64,000 nucleotides of DNA from a virus (Duplodnaviria > Caudoviricetes): positions 234 to 64,233 of the IMG/VR virus record IMGVR_UViG_3300030104_001945. One strand, 5' to 3'. The translations under genes were made by a program, and so were the position numbers. Positions 9,761 to 20,225 of this stretch are shown in pieces. Below the pieces are notes generated by a model. The model was not told the origin of the DNA, did no database searches, and worked only from the letters and a program-made list of their open reading frames with translations. Numbering within the stretch: position 1 is the stretch's first letter; the number at the start of each line of letters is the position of its first letter.

Positions 9761-10177
9761 ATGGCAAAACAACCAAGATTTTCAAAAATTTCAACTTTAA
9801 TTAATGCTATTTTTAACAATACTACTCCAGATCAATCTATACCTGGAAATGAAATGTCAGAACTTGATACGATAGCAGAAACTAATAATAATAAAAAAAT
9901 TCGTAAAGATACTTTTAAAAGATTATTAGCAGCTTCTCAAAAAGCTACAGAAGAAGAATCAAATGAAATGATTAAAGGAGTTAAAGTTCAATTAGGGGGA
10001 AATCCTTATGATTTAAGTGCAGTAAAATTAAAACCAATGGAAAGTAGAAACAGTCCTTTATTTGCAAGCTTAAATAATATACAATCGGGTAATATGAAAA
10101 ATTTGGGAGAGAATCAAGGAAGTTTAATGAAAGCTTTATATGGTGAAAATCTTCCAAGAACAGTGAATAGGAGATAA
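9761..10177 (+). CDS. Hypothetical protein
   Basis: Track ORF 9734..10177; ATG 9761 preferred because the upstream GTG lies in a hairpin. Confidence 0.55.
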   Translation: MAKQPRFSKISTLINAIFNNTTPDQSIPGNEMSELDTIAETNNNKKIRKDTFKRLLAASQKATEEESNEMIKGVKVQLGGNPYDLSAVKLKPMESRNSPLFASLNNIQSGNMKNLGENQGSLMKALYGENLPRTVNRR

Positions 10178-10179
10178 GT

Positions 10180-10491
10180 ATGATTTCAGACGTTAAACAA
10201 GCAACTTTAGTTGCAGATGGACGTTTTCAAAATAACCATGCTGGTGCAGGAACATATATTGGTAGATCACGTTTAAAAGGTGTAACTGGAAGATGTGATT
10301 CTGCAGCAACTGCTCAAATAAAATTATATGATGGTACTGATGCGACAGGCGTTTTAAAATATCATTTATATTGGGGAGCAGCAGCAGGAGATATGTATCA
10401 AGAATATATATCTGACGATGGCATATTATTTGAAAATGGCATCTACGCAGATTTAACTAACTGTAACGCAGCATCAATTATTTGGGGTTAA
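10180..10491 (+). CDS. Small virion structural protein
   Basis: Beta-rich, GILFENGIY C-terminal motif; structural operon. Confidence 0.6.
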   Translation: MISDVKQATLVADGRFQNNHAGAGTYIGRSRLKGVTGRCDSAATAQIKLYDGTDATGVLKYHLYWGAAAGDMYQEYISDDGILFENGIYADLTNCNAASIIWG

Positions 10492-11178
10492 ATGGCTACT
10501 TCAGGAACAACTGCATTTAGCTTATCAGTTAATGATTGTATTGTTGAAGCTTTAGATAGAATAGGTGGATCACCAATTCTTGGATATGACGTAAAGTCAG
10601 CTCGAAGAAGTTTAAATTTAATGTTTACTGATTGGGCTAATAGAGGTCTTAACCAATGGACATTAGATAAACAAACTGTAACTATGGTTACAGGTGACGT
10701 TACATACTCTCTAGGATCGAGTACTATCGGACTAGTTGACGTCTATATCACACGAGATTCCACAGATTATGGAATGAACGAAATTTCTCTTACAGATTAT
10801 AACGTTTATCCTAATAAAGCAGAGCAAGGTAGACCAAGTCAATATTATTTACAAAAAGATATTGATCCAGTTTTATATGTTTATCCAGCTCCTGAAAATA
10901 ATACTGATGTTATTACTTATTGGAGATTAAAAAAAATAGATGATATTACAGCTTCTACAGTATCTGGAACTGAACAAACATTTGAAGTACCATCAAGATT
11001 TTATGAAGCTATGACTGCAGGACTAGCTTATTATATGAGTTTAAAACGTGCGGGAGTTGACCCTAATAGAACATTAATGTTAAAACAAATGTATGATGAA
11101 TGTTTTGCTAGAGCTAGAGATTCTGATTTAAATGCATCGGTAAATATAGTTCCAAATTATGGCGTCAATTTCTACTAA
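10492..11178 (+). CDS. Head-tail adaptor/neck protein
   Basis: ARRSLNLMFTDWANRG, GRPSQYY, LYVYPAP motifs typical of adaptors. Confidence 0.7.
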   Translation: MATSGTTAFSLSVNDCIVEALDRIGGSPILGYDVKSARRSLNLMFTDWANRGLNQWTLDKQTVTMVTGDVTYSLGSSTIGLVDVYITRDSTDYGMNEISLTDYNVYPNKAEQGRPSQYYLQKDIDPVLYVYPAPENNTDVITYWRLKKIDDITASTVSGTEQTFEVPSRFYEAMTAGLAYYMSLKRAGVDPNRTLMLKQMYDECFARARDSDLNASVNIVPNYGVNFY

Positions 11179-11551
11179 AAAAGGAGGTAAAGCTCCAACA
11201 CAAAAATATGCTAATGGCAGATGGGCAAAAGCTATATCTGACAGAAGTGGTTTAGAATTTCCTTACAATGAAATGGTTAAGGAATGGACAGGGGCGTTAG
11301 TTCATACGTCAGAGTGGGAAGAAAAACAACCTCAACTTGATCCAATTGTATATACTGATGCGACAGCTTTAAAAAATCCTCGACCACCAGTAAATATGTT
11401 TACAGGGAATATTCCTGAACCTACAGGAGTTCCTAATCAAATAACGAATGTTTTTCCAGGCACATTTGGTGCTACAGGAATTTCATTCCCAATGTCTACA
11501 GGAGAACAAATAAATGCAAACATCGGAAACGTCACAGTTGTCATTAGCTGA
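11159..11551 (+). CDS. Hypothetical virion-module protein
   Basis: AISDRSG...EWTGALVH...KQPQL; position. Confidence 0.55.
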   Translation: MASISTKKGGKAPTQKYANGRWAKAISDRSGLEFPYNEMVKEWTGALVHTSEWEEKQPQLDPIVYTDATALKNPRPPVNMFTGNIPEPTGVPNQITNVFPGTFGATGISFPMSTGEQINANIGNVTVVIS

Positions 11552-12350
11552 CGAAGTTTATGATTTTAAAAAAGCAATAGTAATGATAGGAACCCCATGT
11601 TATGGCGGTCTTTTACATGAAGCTTATATGCACTCTTTTTTAAGAACTCAAAAAGAAGCTGAAAAAAAGGGATATAGACTTCATTTAAACTCAATGGGAA
11701 ATGAAAGCTTAATAACTAGAGCTAGAAATACCATAGTTTCTCAATTTTTAAATCAAGAAAATCTAACTCATTTATTATTTATCGATGCTGATATAGCTTG
11801 GCAAGCCGAAACTGTTACTCGTATGTTATCAGTAGATGAAGAAGTAGTAGCCGCTATATATCCCAGAAAAGGTTTAGAGTGGCAGCATGTAAAAAAGTAT
11901 GTTAATTCTGCTCCAAATGATTTAGAAAATTTAGAACAAAAACTATTAGGTTATAATTTAAATTTTAAAGATCCACATAATATACCAATGTATCAAGGTG
12001 GATTTGTAGAAGTATTAGATGCAGCTACTGGTTTTATGATGATAAAAAGAGAAGCGATATTAAAAATGATAGAAGCATACCCTGATTTAAAATATACATC
12101 AGATCAGATGTTAAATGGTAAATTATATGATAGTGATAATTGTTACGCTTTTTTTGATACTATGATTGATCCAGTAAGTAATAGATATTTAAGTGAAGAT
12201 TATGCTTTTTGTCGTTTATGGCAAAAAATAGGAGGAAAAATATACGCAGATGTAGCGAGTTCATTAACACATTATGGAACATATTCTTTTAAAGGAAATG
12301 TCTCGCATAAATTTGCAGAACAAGATAAGATAGAAGATAATGGCGACTAA
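11514..12350 (+). CDS. GT-A fold glycosyltransferase-like protein
   Basis: GTPCYGG, SLITRARN, DxD motif LFIDADI, ATGFMMIKR, SEDYAFC. Confidence 0.8.
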   Translation: MQTSETSQLSLADEVYDFKKAIVMIGTPCYGGLLHEAYMHSFLRTQKEAEKKGYRLHLNSMGNESLITRARNTIVSQFLNQENLTHLLFIDADIAWQAETVTRMLSVDEEVVAAIYPRKGLEWQHVKKYVNSAPNDLENLEQKLLGYNLNFKDPHNIPMYQGGFVEVLDAATGFMMIKREAILKMIEAYPDLKYTSDQMLNGKLYDSDNCYAFFDTMIDPVSNRYLSEDYAFCRLWQKIGGKIYADVASSLTHYGTYSFKGNVSHKFAEQDKIEDNGD

Positions 12351-12996
12351 TTATACAACATTAAAAAGTGATATACAAACTTGGGCTCAAAATACAGGGA
12401 CTGATTTTACTGCTCAATTAGATACTTTTATTACTAATGCGCAACAAGAATTAATACGATTAATTGATCCTGAACAATTAACTTTTCATGCATTTAGTAC
12501 ATTTAATACAGGTACTGAATTTTTAACTACTCCAGCAAATACTTTAATAGTTAAAAGTTTACAGTACACTAATGCTAGTAGTGAAAGAGTTATGATGGAG
12601 ATTCAAACTGATGAATTTATAAGAGAATATTGGCCTAATCCTACTCTTACAGGTGATCCTAAATACTTTTCTAATTATAATGATGGTAATGTTTTAATAG
12701 CACCTACGCCAGTTTCAAATTATACTGTATATATGGAATATGTACAAAATATTGCTGATTTATCGCCAAGTAATACCACTAATTATTTAACTGATAATGT
12801 ATCAGATTTATTATTGTATTCTTGTTTAGCAGAAGCAGCAGTTTTTACTAAAAGTTTAGAGGATTATAGTATATATAAATCTAAAGTTACGGAGTCAGTC
12901 GCTACTCTCAATAATGAGGCTAGGAGACGAAGAAGAACTGATTATAAATTCCCTGCTAGTCCAGCTGGCACGGATACATTAACAGGCGGCCAATAA
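12340..12996 (+). CDS. Tail adaptor (tubular protein A-like)
   Basis: GDPKYFS...IAPTP...DLLLYSCLAEA pattern; position. Confidence 0.65.
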   Translation: MATNYTTLKSDIQTWAQNTGTDFTAQLDTFITNAQQELIRLIDPEQLTFHAFSTFNTGTEFLTTPANTLIVKSLQYTNASSERVMMEIQTDEFIREYWPNPTLTGDPKYFSNYNDGNVLIAPTPVSNYTVYMEYVQNIADLSPSNTTNYLTDNVSDLLLYSCLAEAAVFTKSLEDYSIYKSKVTESVATLNNEARRRRRTDYKFPASPAGTDTLTGGQ

Positions 12997-13012
12997 AGGA
13001 GGGCTAAATACT

Positions 13013-13435
13013 ATGGCAATAGACCAAGCAATATGCACAGTATTTAAAGCTGATTTAATGAATACTGCGTCTAATTTAGAAGCAGATACTCTTAAAATGG
13101 CATTATATACATCGAGTGCAACACTATCTCAAACTACACCATCTTACAGTGCTACTGATGAAGTACCTAATTCTGGAACTTATACTGCAGGTGGAAAAAC
13201 TTTAACTAATGTAGCAATTTCAGTTGTAGGTAATACAGCAATATTCGATTGTGATAATGTTACTTTTACAAGTGCAACTATTTCTGCACAAGCAGCGGTT
13301 ATTTATAATAACTCATTAGCTAATGCAGCAATATGTGTATTAGATTTTAATTCAGTTAAATCATCATCTAGTGGAACATTTGAAGTTCAAATACCAAATC
13401 CGGATGCAACTAATGGATTAATCAGAATACAATAA
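13013..13435 (+). CDS. Tail/baseplate structural protein
   Basis: LKMALYTS, YTAGGKTL, AVIYN. Confidence 0.6.
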   Translation: MAIDQAICTVFKADLMNTASNLEADTLKMALYTSSATLSQTTPSYSATDEVPNSGTYTAGGKTLTNVAISVVGNTAIFDCDNVTFTSATISAQAAVIYNNSLANAAICVLDFNSVKSSSSGTFEVQIPNPDATNGLIRIQ

Positions 13436-14230
13436 ATGGCATTTATTTTAAATGATAGAGTAAAAGAAATTACCACAACTAGTGGTAATGGTGTTATTAC
13501 ATTAGGCGGAGCAGTAACAGGTTTCGAAAGTTTCGGTACAGGAATAGGTAATAGTAATTCTACTTATTATGCTATTGTTCATCAAACAGCTAATGAATGG
13601 GAAGTTGGTATAGGAGACCTTAATGGGTCTAGTACTACTCTTACACGTACTACTGTTATAACTAGTTCTAATAGTGACGCAGCAGTTAGTTTTAGTACAG
13701 GAACAAAAGATGTATTTTGTACTTTACCTGCGAGTAAAACTACAGATATGGTTTTAACTACAGCGGGCGATACACTCTATGCTTCTTCAAATAATACACC
13801 AGCACGATTAGCAAAAGGAAGTTCTCTTGAAGTTTTACAAATTAATGCAGGTGGAACAGCTCCCGAATGGGCATCATCTCCTCAATCTGTTATGACAGCA
13901 GCGGGAGATATTTTATATGCTTCTGGGGCTAACACATTAGCAAAATTAGCGGCAGGAAGTGATACTGAAGTATTAACATTAGCTTCAGGAATTCCTTCAT
14001 GGGCTGCACCTACAACAGGAGATATTACAGGAGTAACAGCGGGAACAGGATTAAGTGGCGGCGGAACATCGGGAGATGTAACTTTAAATATAGCAGCTAC
14101 GGCAGTCTCAGCTGGATCATACACAAATTCAAGCATCACAGTTGATGCACAAGGAAGATTAACAGCAGCATCATCAGGAACAGCGGGAGCAACTGCGGGT
14201 TTTGCAATAGCAATGGCGATTGCTTTATAG
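13436..14230 (+). CDS. Tail fibre protein
   Basis: DRVKE N-terminus, Gly/Thr repeats, VDAQGRLTAA motif. Confidence 0.7.
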   Translation: MAFILNDRVKEITTTSGNGVITLGGAVTGFESFGTGIGNSNSTYYAIVHQTANEWEVGIGDLNGSSTTLTRTTVITSSNSDAAVSFSTGTKDVFCTLPASKTTDMVLTTAGDTLYASSNNTPARLAKGSSLEVLQINAGGTAPEWASSPQSVMTAAGDILYASGANTLAKLAAGSDTEVLTLASGIPSWAAPTTGDITGVTAGTGLSGGGTSGDVTLNIAATAVSAGSYTNSSITVDAQGRLTAASSGTAGATAGFAIAMAIAL

Positions 14231-14244
14231 TATAAGGATAATAT

Positions 14245-14577
14245 ATGGCTCAAGATTTTAAACGATATTCACAACCAGCTGTAGGAACATCACCAGCAAC
14301 AGTTCATACATCTAATTCAAATGATGCACTTGTAGGAATTTCAATTTCAAATATTTTAGGTAGTACTATTTTAGTAGATTGTTATATGACAGGTGGAACA
14401 GGAGGGTCAGAAACTGTTTATTTAGTTAAAAATGCTCCTATTCCTTCAGGAGGTGCTTTACAAGTTTTAGCTGGAGGAGCAAAATTTAATATGCAAAGTG
14501 GGGACGCCATTTTAGTAAAATCAGATACGGCTTCTTCTGCAGACGTTTGGGTCTCGGCAGTAGATGCGATAAGTTAG
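14245..14577 (+). CDS. Tail structural protein
   Basis: Small beta protein in fibre module. Confidence 0.55.
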   Translation: MAQDFKRYSQPAVGTSPATVHTSNSNDALVGISISNILGSTILVDCYMTGGTGGSETVYLVKNAPIPSGGALQVLAGGAKFNMQSGDAILVKSDTASSADVWVSAVDAIS

Positions 14578-14585
14578 GAATTTAA

Positions 14586-15989
14586 ATGCCCTATGTAGGT
14601 AATATTCCAGCAGAAAAATATGCAAGTTTTGCAGTACAACATTTTACAACAAGTGCTACTACAAGCTACACGCTTGATCATTCTGTAGTAAATGAAAATG
14701 ATATACGTCTAGTAATAAACAATGTAATTCAACAACCTGGTGGCTCGTATGCATATACAGCGGCGAATACAACACTTACACTTTCATCAGCAACGTCTGG
14801 CACAGACACAATGTATTGTGTTTTCTTGGGAAAGGCAGTTCAGACTGTTAACCCTGGTTCAGGATCAGTAGGGACTTCACAACTTGCAGATGAATCTGTA
14901 AATGAAGCTAAATTAAAAGTATCAAATTCACCAACTAACGGTTATGTTCTTAGCGCACAATCAGGCGCAGCTGGCGGTCTTACATGGGCGGCAGATGCAG
15001 GAGGAGCAGCTTTAACAGGTTCTACTGATAATACAGTTACAACTGTTACAGGAGCAAATGCAATTCAAGGCGAAACTAATTTTATTTACAATGGAACAAT
15101 AGTAGGTTGTGGGGCAGATGGAGCAAATGCTGATTTAGGAGTTGGACTTCATATTAAATTAGGAGATTCTAGTGCATCTGCACAAGATGATGCAGACGCT
15201 TTAGTTATTGAAGATACTCATGGTTCTGGGATGTCAATACTAAGTGGTAATGATGATGAAGGAAAAATAAATTTTGGTGATGATGGTGATAATGATATAG
15301 GTGGAATTATATATGCTCACGCTAACAATGATATGACTTTGAGGTGTAATGCAGGTACAGCTTTTAAACTAACAGATGGTACAGCAAAATTTTTTACTAC
15401 AACAGATTTTGGTGGCACAAGATGTCATATTAAAGGTAATTTTTATGCTCAAAGAGGATTAGGTTTAAATTCTTCTGATGGTGCAAGTAGTGGTAACCAA
15501 GTTAATATGGTTTATTTTGGTGTTGAAAATGCAGCACAAGGTAGCATTACAGCAGGAGCTGGTAGTGTTGTTTATAACACTTCATCTGATTACAGAAGAA
15601 AAGAAAATGTTTCAAATTTAATAGGTGCTATTGATAGAGTTAAACAATTTAAACCTTATAGATTTAATTTTACAGACGACCCAAGTAAAAAAGTAACAGA
15701 TGGATTTTTTGCACATGAAGTAACATCTATTGTACCACAAGCAGTTACAGGAGAAAAAGATGCAGTAGAAAAATATAGAGAAGGTCAAGACATACCAGAA
15801 GGTAAAAGTGTTGGAGATAATATTTTAGATGATTCTGGAAATACAATTCCAGACTATCAAGGTATAGATCATTCAAAATTAGTTCCTTTACTGACAAGTG
15901 CTTTACAAGAAGCAATAACAAAAATAGAAACTTTAGAAACTGAAAATACAGATATTAAAGCAAGACTAACAGCATTGGAGAACGCATAA
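14586..15989 (+). CDS. Tail fibre with intramolecular chaperone (peptidase S74) domain
   Basis: TSSDYRRKENV...GFFAHEV...GIDHSKLVPLL plus terminal coiled coil. Confidence 0.88.
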   Translation: MPYVGNIPAEKYASFAVQHFTTSATTSYTLDHSVVNENDIRLVINNVIQQPGGSYAYTAANTTLTLSSATSGTDTMYCVFLGKAVQTVNPGSGSVGTSQLADESVNEAKLKVSNSPTNGYVLSAQSGAAGGLTWAADAGGAALTGSTDNTVTTVTGANAIQGETNFIYNGTIVGCGADGANADLGVGLHIKLGDSSASAQDDADALVIEDTHGSGMSILSGNDDEGKINFGDDGDNDIGGIIYAHANNDMTLRCNAGTAFKLTDGTAKFFTTTDFGGTRCHIKGNFYAQRGLGLNSSDGASSGNQVNMVYFGVENAAQGSITAGAGSVVYNTSSDYRRKENVSNLIGAIDRVKQFKPYRFNFTDDPSKKVTDGFFAHEVTSIVPQAVTGEKDAVEKYREGQDIPEGKSVGDNILDDSGNTIPDYQGIDHSKLVPLLTSALQEAITKIETLETENTDIKARLTALENA

Positions 15990-16681
15990 TGGCACTAAGT
16001 AAAATAGATTTAGATAAAGCAGGAGTAACAGGTACATTACCAACAAGTAATTTAGACACTGTTGGTGTAGCACAAGGAGGCACAGGAATAACCTCTGGTA
16101 CAACAGATCAGTTCTTAAAGTTTACTGGCTCAACTACTATTGCAAGTGCAGCAGATAATGCTGGTACTTTTGATAAATTATTAGGTGGTAGTGCTGGTAG
16201 TGCAGTAAATCATGAGTTTACAGGATTTATAGATAATACAAAATACGATAATTATTTAGTACAAATTAATAATCTTGTTGGTACTTTAGGTAATGATATG
16301 AGGTTTCAATTTGGAGATTCAGGTGGTTGGGAAGATACAAGTAATTATTGGTATGCAGCAGCAGGATTTAGAAGTAGTGATAATACTATTTCAATCGGAG
16401 CAGAAGGCGTAGGTGCAGCACAATTAGGAAGTGCATTCGCTTCAACAGTAAATGCACCAGCTAGTTATTTATTTTATTTATATTTAAAACCAGAAAATAA
16501 AACTTTTGGAAACAGTGTTTATGGACATAGTTGGGGTTATCGTTCAGATTTAGGTGATTATTATTTTACTGATTATACACTTTCTTACAATGTAGCAATA
16601 ACAGTAACCAAGTTTAGAATTTATGCTAGTGGTAATGACGCAACAACATTTGATTATGTATTATATGGAATAAAAAAATAA
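15989..16681 (+). CDS. Short fibre/receptor-binding protein (paralog of 20226..20990)
   Basis: Shares SGTTDQFLKFTG..T.AS..DN with 20226..20990. Confidence 0.6.
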   Translation: MALSKIDLDKAGVTGTLPTSNLDTVGVAQGGTGITSGTTDQFLKFTGSTTIASAADNAGTFDKLLGGSAGSAVNHEFTGFIDNTKYDNYLVQINNLVGTLGNDMRFQFGDSGGWEDTSNYWYAAAGFRSSDNTISIGAEGVGAAQLGSAFASTVNAPASYLFYLYLKPENKTFGNSVYGHSWGYRSDLGDYYFTDYTLSYNVAITVTKFRIYASGNDATTFDYVLYGIKK

Positions 16682-17013
16682 TGGTAGATTATAATAATGT
16701 AATAACACCAGAAGGTGTAACAAGAACAGAAATAACTGGAGAAGAATTAACAAAACTTCAAGCTGATAAAACAACTTTTGCTAACAAATCAGGGGAAAGA
16801 AAATTAGAAGTTATTAAACAATTACGATTAGAAAGATTAAAAGAAACAGATTGGATGTCTAACTCTGATGTAACAATGCCTGATAATATAAAAACTTGGA
16901 GACAAAGTTTACGAGACATCCCTGCAAATCACACAGATGAAGCAGCATACGATTTATTATTAGAAAGAGATAATAATAATAATTTAACTCATTCAATATG
17001 GAGTAAACCATAA
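16681..17013 (+). CDS. Tail fibre assembly chaperone
   Basis: RLERLKETDW...WRQSLRDIP motif. Confidence 0.75.
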   Translation: MVDYNNVITPEGVTRTEITGEELTKLQADKTTFANKSGERKLEVIKQLRLERLKETDWMSNSDVTMPDNIKTWRQSLRDIPANHTDEAAYDLLLERDNNNNLTHSIWSKP

Positions 17014-17462
17014 TGCCATACGTAGGACGAGATTTAAATATAGGTGATAGAAAAATATTGACGCCAACAGGCTCAACACCAGCGACAACATATACTTTAC
17101 AAAACAATTCACAAGATTATCATCCATCAGCAGCTCAAAATTTAATAGTTTCTGTAGGAGGAATTATACAAGCACCTATAACAGCTTATACAATTTCAGG
17201 AGCTACGATAGATTTTTTAGGAGTATCAGTCGCAGCAGCGAATATTGACTTTATTGTTGCAATGGGTGAAGATGTTGATGTGGGAACTCCATCAGATGGA
17301 ACTGTATCTGCAGCAAAATTGTCCTCGACTTTTTATGTAGAAAACCCTATAACTTATAGTAATATATCTATTACAGCAAGTTCTAATGGAATGGCAGCAG
17401 GACCTATTACTGTAACAGGTACTTTAACAATTCCTTCGGGATCAACCTTTACGGTAGTATAA
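17013..17462 (+). CDS. Tail structural protein
   Basis: MPYVG N-terminus shared with 14586 fibre; AGPITV...TIPSGS. Confidence 0.6.
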   Translation: MPYVGRDLNIGDRKILTPTGSTPATTYTLQNNSQDYHPSAAQNLIVSVGGIIQAPITAYTISGATIDFLGVSVAAANIDFIVAMGEDVDVGTPSDGTVSAAKLSSTFYVENPITYSNISITASSNGMAAGPITVTGTLTIPSGSTFTVV

Positions 17463-17463
17463 C

Positions 17464-18165
17464 ATGAGTGAAATATTAGCTAATAAATTATCACCTTCAA
17501 CAGGAACTGCAGTTCAGATAGGAGATTCAGGGGATACAATCACTGTACCTACAGGCGCAGGATTAACTGTAACAGACGAGGTAAAAACTAATAAAATTTC
17601 TCCATCATCTGGCACTGCATTTACTCTAGGTGATTCAGGTGACACATTTACAATTCCAGCAGGAGCAACAATTACAAACAGTGGCACTGCTACTGGATTT
17701 GGTGGAGATAATACTCCTAACTTTGGAGCTAAAGCTACCTCAAACCAAACGGGTGTATCAAGTGGAGCTTGGACTAAAGTTCAATTTGATACAGAATATT
17801 TTGATGTAGGTGGTGGTTATGATGCAACTAACGATAAGTTTGTTGTACCTGCAGGAGAAGGTGGTAAATATTATTTTACTGCTTCTGCAAAAATTAATCC
17901 TGCAACATCTGGTGGACTTATTGGTTCTGGCATGAGATTAACAGTAGGTGGATCTGCTTCTGCTGGTTTAGAGGAAATTCATTTTATGAATGCTAATCCA
18001 AGTAACTCAGAAGGAAAAAATGTAAATGGAATTTTAAATTTATCTGCCGCTGATGAGGTAGAAGTTTATGCTTATTATCAAGATAGTGGTGGATCGGCTG
18101 GAACAATAACAGGAGTAACATCTGAAGTAGATACATTCTTTTTTGGATATAAATTGGTGGAATAA
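17464..18165 (+). CDS. C1q/TNF-like domain fibre protein
   Basis: KVQFDTEYFD...KFVVPAGEGGKYYF...LSAADEVEVY...FFGYKL. Confidence 0.75.
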   Translation: MSEILANKLSPSTGTAVQIGDSGDTITVPTGAGLTVTDEVKTNKISPSSGTAFTLGDSGDTFTIPAGATITNSGTATGFGGDNTPNFGAKATSNQTGVSSGAWTKVQFDTEYFDVGGGYDATNDKFVVPAGEGGKYYFTASAKINPATSGGLIGSGMRLTVGGSASAGLEEIHFMNANPSNSEGKNVNGILNLSAADEVEVYAYYQDSGGSAGTITGVTSEVDTFFFGYKLVE

Positions 18166-18195
18166 TGATAATAATAATTTTAAAAGGAGGTCTAT

Positions 18196-18534
18196 ATGGC
18201 AAGTCTATCAACTAAGATAAAGCTTTACTGTGAAGCAAACAGCAAAACGGCTGATTTCAATCCCAGTACAGGTAATGTAGCTTTACAAGATGACTCTGAC
18301 GGTAATGGACCGTACATAAAAAGCTGGAACGTTGACGGATTGGCACAGCCATCTAACTCCGACCTAGCAGCACATGATACGGCTGGAAACACAGAAGAGA
18401 CAAACAATACTGTAAGAGCTACAAGGAGAGAGGCTTATGGCGATATTGGCGATCAGCTTGATGAGATATTTAAGGATATGGATGCGTGGAAAACACGTAT
18501 TCAAGGGATCAAAGATGCTAACCCTAAATCGTAA
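18196..18534 (+). CDS. XkdW-like tail chaperone
   Basis: LQDDSDGNGPYIKSWN...QP; follows C1q gene. Confidence 0.65.
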   Translation: MASLSTKIKLYCEANSKTADFNPSTGNVALQDDSDGNGPYIKSWNVDGLAQPSNSDLAAHDTAGNTEETNNTVRATRREAYGDIGDQLDEIFKDMDAWKTRIQGIKDANPKS

Positions 18535-18551
18535 AGGATAAATAAAAAACT

Positions 18552-19229
18552 ATGAGTAAAATATTTGTAGATCAAGTAGATCCAAAGACAGCTACTTCGC
18601 TAACACTTGGTACATCTGGTGATACAGTAACAGTTCCTACAGGGGTAGGACTAACTGTAACTGATGAAGTAAAAACAAACAAGATTTCACCTGCTACAGG
18701 AACTGCTTTTACATTAGGTGATTCAGGGGATACGTTTACAATTCCAGCGGGAGCGACCATAGCAAATAGTGGAACTGCTACTGGATTTGGTGAATCTAAT
18801 ACTCCTTATTTTAAAGCATATACTTCAGGGAGCACACAACAAGGTAGTAGTGGAGCTTATACAGACCCAGTACTCTTTGCAACTGAAATGTTTGATTCGG
18901 ATAGTGCATTTGCAAGCAGTATTTTTACTGTACCTGCAGGTAAAGGTGGAAAATATTTCTTTCATGCACAAATAGAATTTTATCAAAATATGTATGACTG
19001 TTATCTTTTATTAGTTAAAAATTCCACTAATGTTTCAGTAGCAAGAAACAAAAGACAAACTGATAGTTCATTATGGAATTTAAGAACTGTAACAGTATCT
19101 ACAATTTTAGATATGGCAGCTGGAGATACAATGAAAGCTAAAGTCTATGCAGAAACAAGTGATTCAGATTATAATATATTTGCAAGTGAAACATCAAATT
19201 ACTTTGAAGGATTTAGAATAGCAACATGA
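18552..19229 (+). CDS. C1q/TNF-like domain fibre protein
   Basis: N-terminal ~80 aa nearly identical to 17464; FTVPAGKGGKYFF. Confidence 0.75.
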   Translation: MSKIFVDQVDPKTATSLTLGTSGDTVTVPTGVGLTVTDEVKTNKISPATGTAFTLGDSGDTFTIPAGATIANSGTATGFGESNTPYFKAYTSGSTQQGSSGAYTDPVLFATEMFDSDSAFASSIFTVPAGKGGKYFFHAQIEFYQNMYDCYLLLVKNSTNVSVARNKRQTDSSLWNLRTVTVSTILDMAAGDTMKAKVYAETSDSDYNIFASETSNYFEGFRIAT

Positions 19230-19558
19230 TGAATTTATTAAATAAAAAAATAGAATTATATCTTGGAAGAAAACCAGATTTTATTGATGAAGTGCAAGTA
19301 GTTGATGATGGTAAAGGTAATCTTTCTATTGCTGTTTGGAATGCAACAGATAAAACAATACCTACTGATGAACAATTAAATGCTTTTACTGATGAAGCAA
19401 CGAAACAATATAATAATAGTAAAGCAGATGAAAAAAGAAAGATAGAATATTTATCTTGGCAACAACAATTTGAAATGATTTATAAGGATCAAAAAAATGG
19501 AACAACAACTTACAAAGACCACTGCGATAAAGTTCGTAGTGATAACCCAAAGGAGTAA
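19226..19558 (+). CDS. XkdW-like tail chaperone
   Basis: DDGKG...WN...PTDEQL; paralog of 18196. Confidence 0.6.
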   Translation: MMNLLNKKIELYLGRKPDFIDEVQVVDDGKGNLSIAVWNATDKTIPTDEQLNAFTDEATKQYNNSKADEKRKIEYLSWQQQFEMIYKDQKNGTTTYKDHCDKVRSDNPKE

Positions 19559-19564
19559 ACGGTA

Positions 19565-20221
19565 ATGGCAAGTACAATACAAGTAGATAAAATTACAGAC
19601 CTTGGCGGCAACACCATAATATCAAGCAATGGCTCAGGTACGTTCACGAGTAATTTACCAGCGTCTGCACCAAATGTATCTACTGCTACTGGTACACTAC
19701 CTATAGCTAACGGTGGCACAGGTGCAGCTACTCTTGCTGCTGCAGGGTTGGCTAATACTCCAGTTTTTGCAGCTTACTTATCTAATGATTCAGACCAATC
19801 TATTTCTGATTCTACTACAACTAAAATAGAATTTGATGCAGAAAGAATTGATACTGCTGGTGCTTTTGATACATCAAATTATAAATTTACTGTTCCCGCA
19901 GGGCAAGGTGGAAAATATTATATTGTTGTAAAAGCTAAATGTGGTTCTTCTCAACAAAATGATATTGTAGGAGTTTTTGTTCATATTTACAAAAACGGAA
20001 GTACATATCATAGTGTCGGATATACAGGAGCTGGTTTTATTTCTGGAACTAAATATCCTATATTAGGAATGGGTATACTTTGTTCTTCAGTTTTAGAATT
20101 AGCAGCAGGAGATTATGTAGAAGGTTATGGATATATTAAAACCAATGGTGCTGGTACGCCTAAATTTCAAGAAGGCAATGACCAAGCAACATATATGGAA
20201 GGGTTTAAATTAATAGGATAA
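19565..20221 (+). CDS. C1q/TNF-like domain fibre protein
   Basis: KIEFDAE...FTVPAGQGGKYYI...LAAGDYVE. Confidence 0.72.
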   Translation: MASTIQVDKITDLGGNTIISSNGSGTFTSNLPASAPNVSTATGTLPIANGGTGAATLAAAGLANTPVFAAYLSNDSDQSISDSTTTKIEFDAERIDTAGAFDTSNYKFTVPAGQGGKYYIVVKAKCGSSQQNDIVGVFVHIYKNGSTYHSVGYTGAGFISGTKYPILGMGILCSSVLELAAGDYVEGYGYIKTNGAGTPKFQEGNDQATYMEGFKLIG

Positions 20222-20225
20222 TAAT

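Noticed and set aside
17464-19229. Diversity-generating retroelement or invertible tail cassette
   Set aside because: No reverse transcriptase or invertase in the window; shared segments are N-terminal, same orientation and differ mostly at synonymous sites
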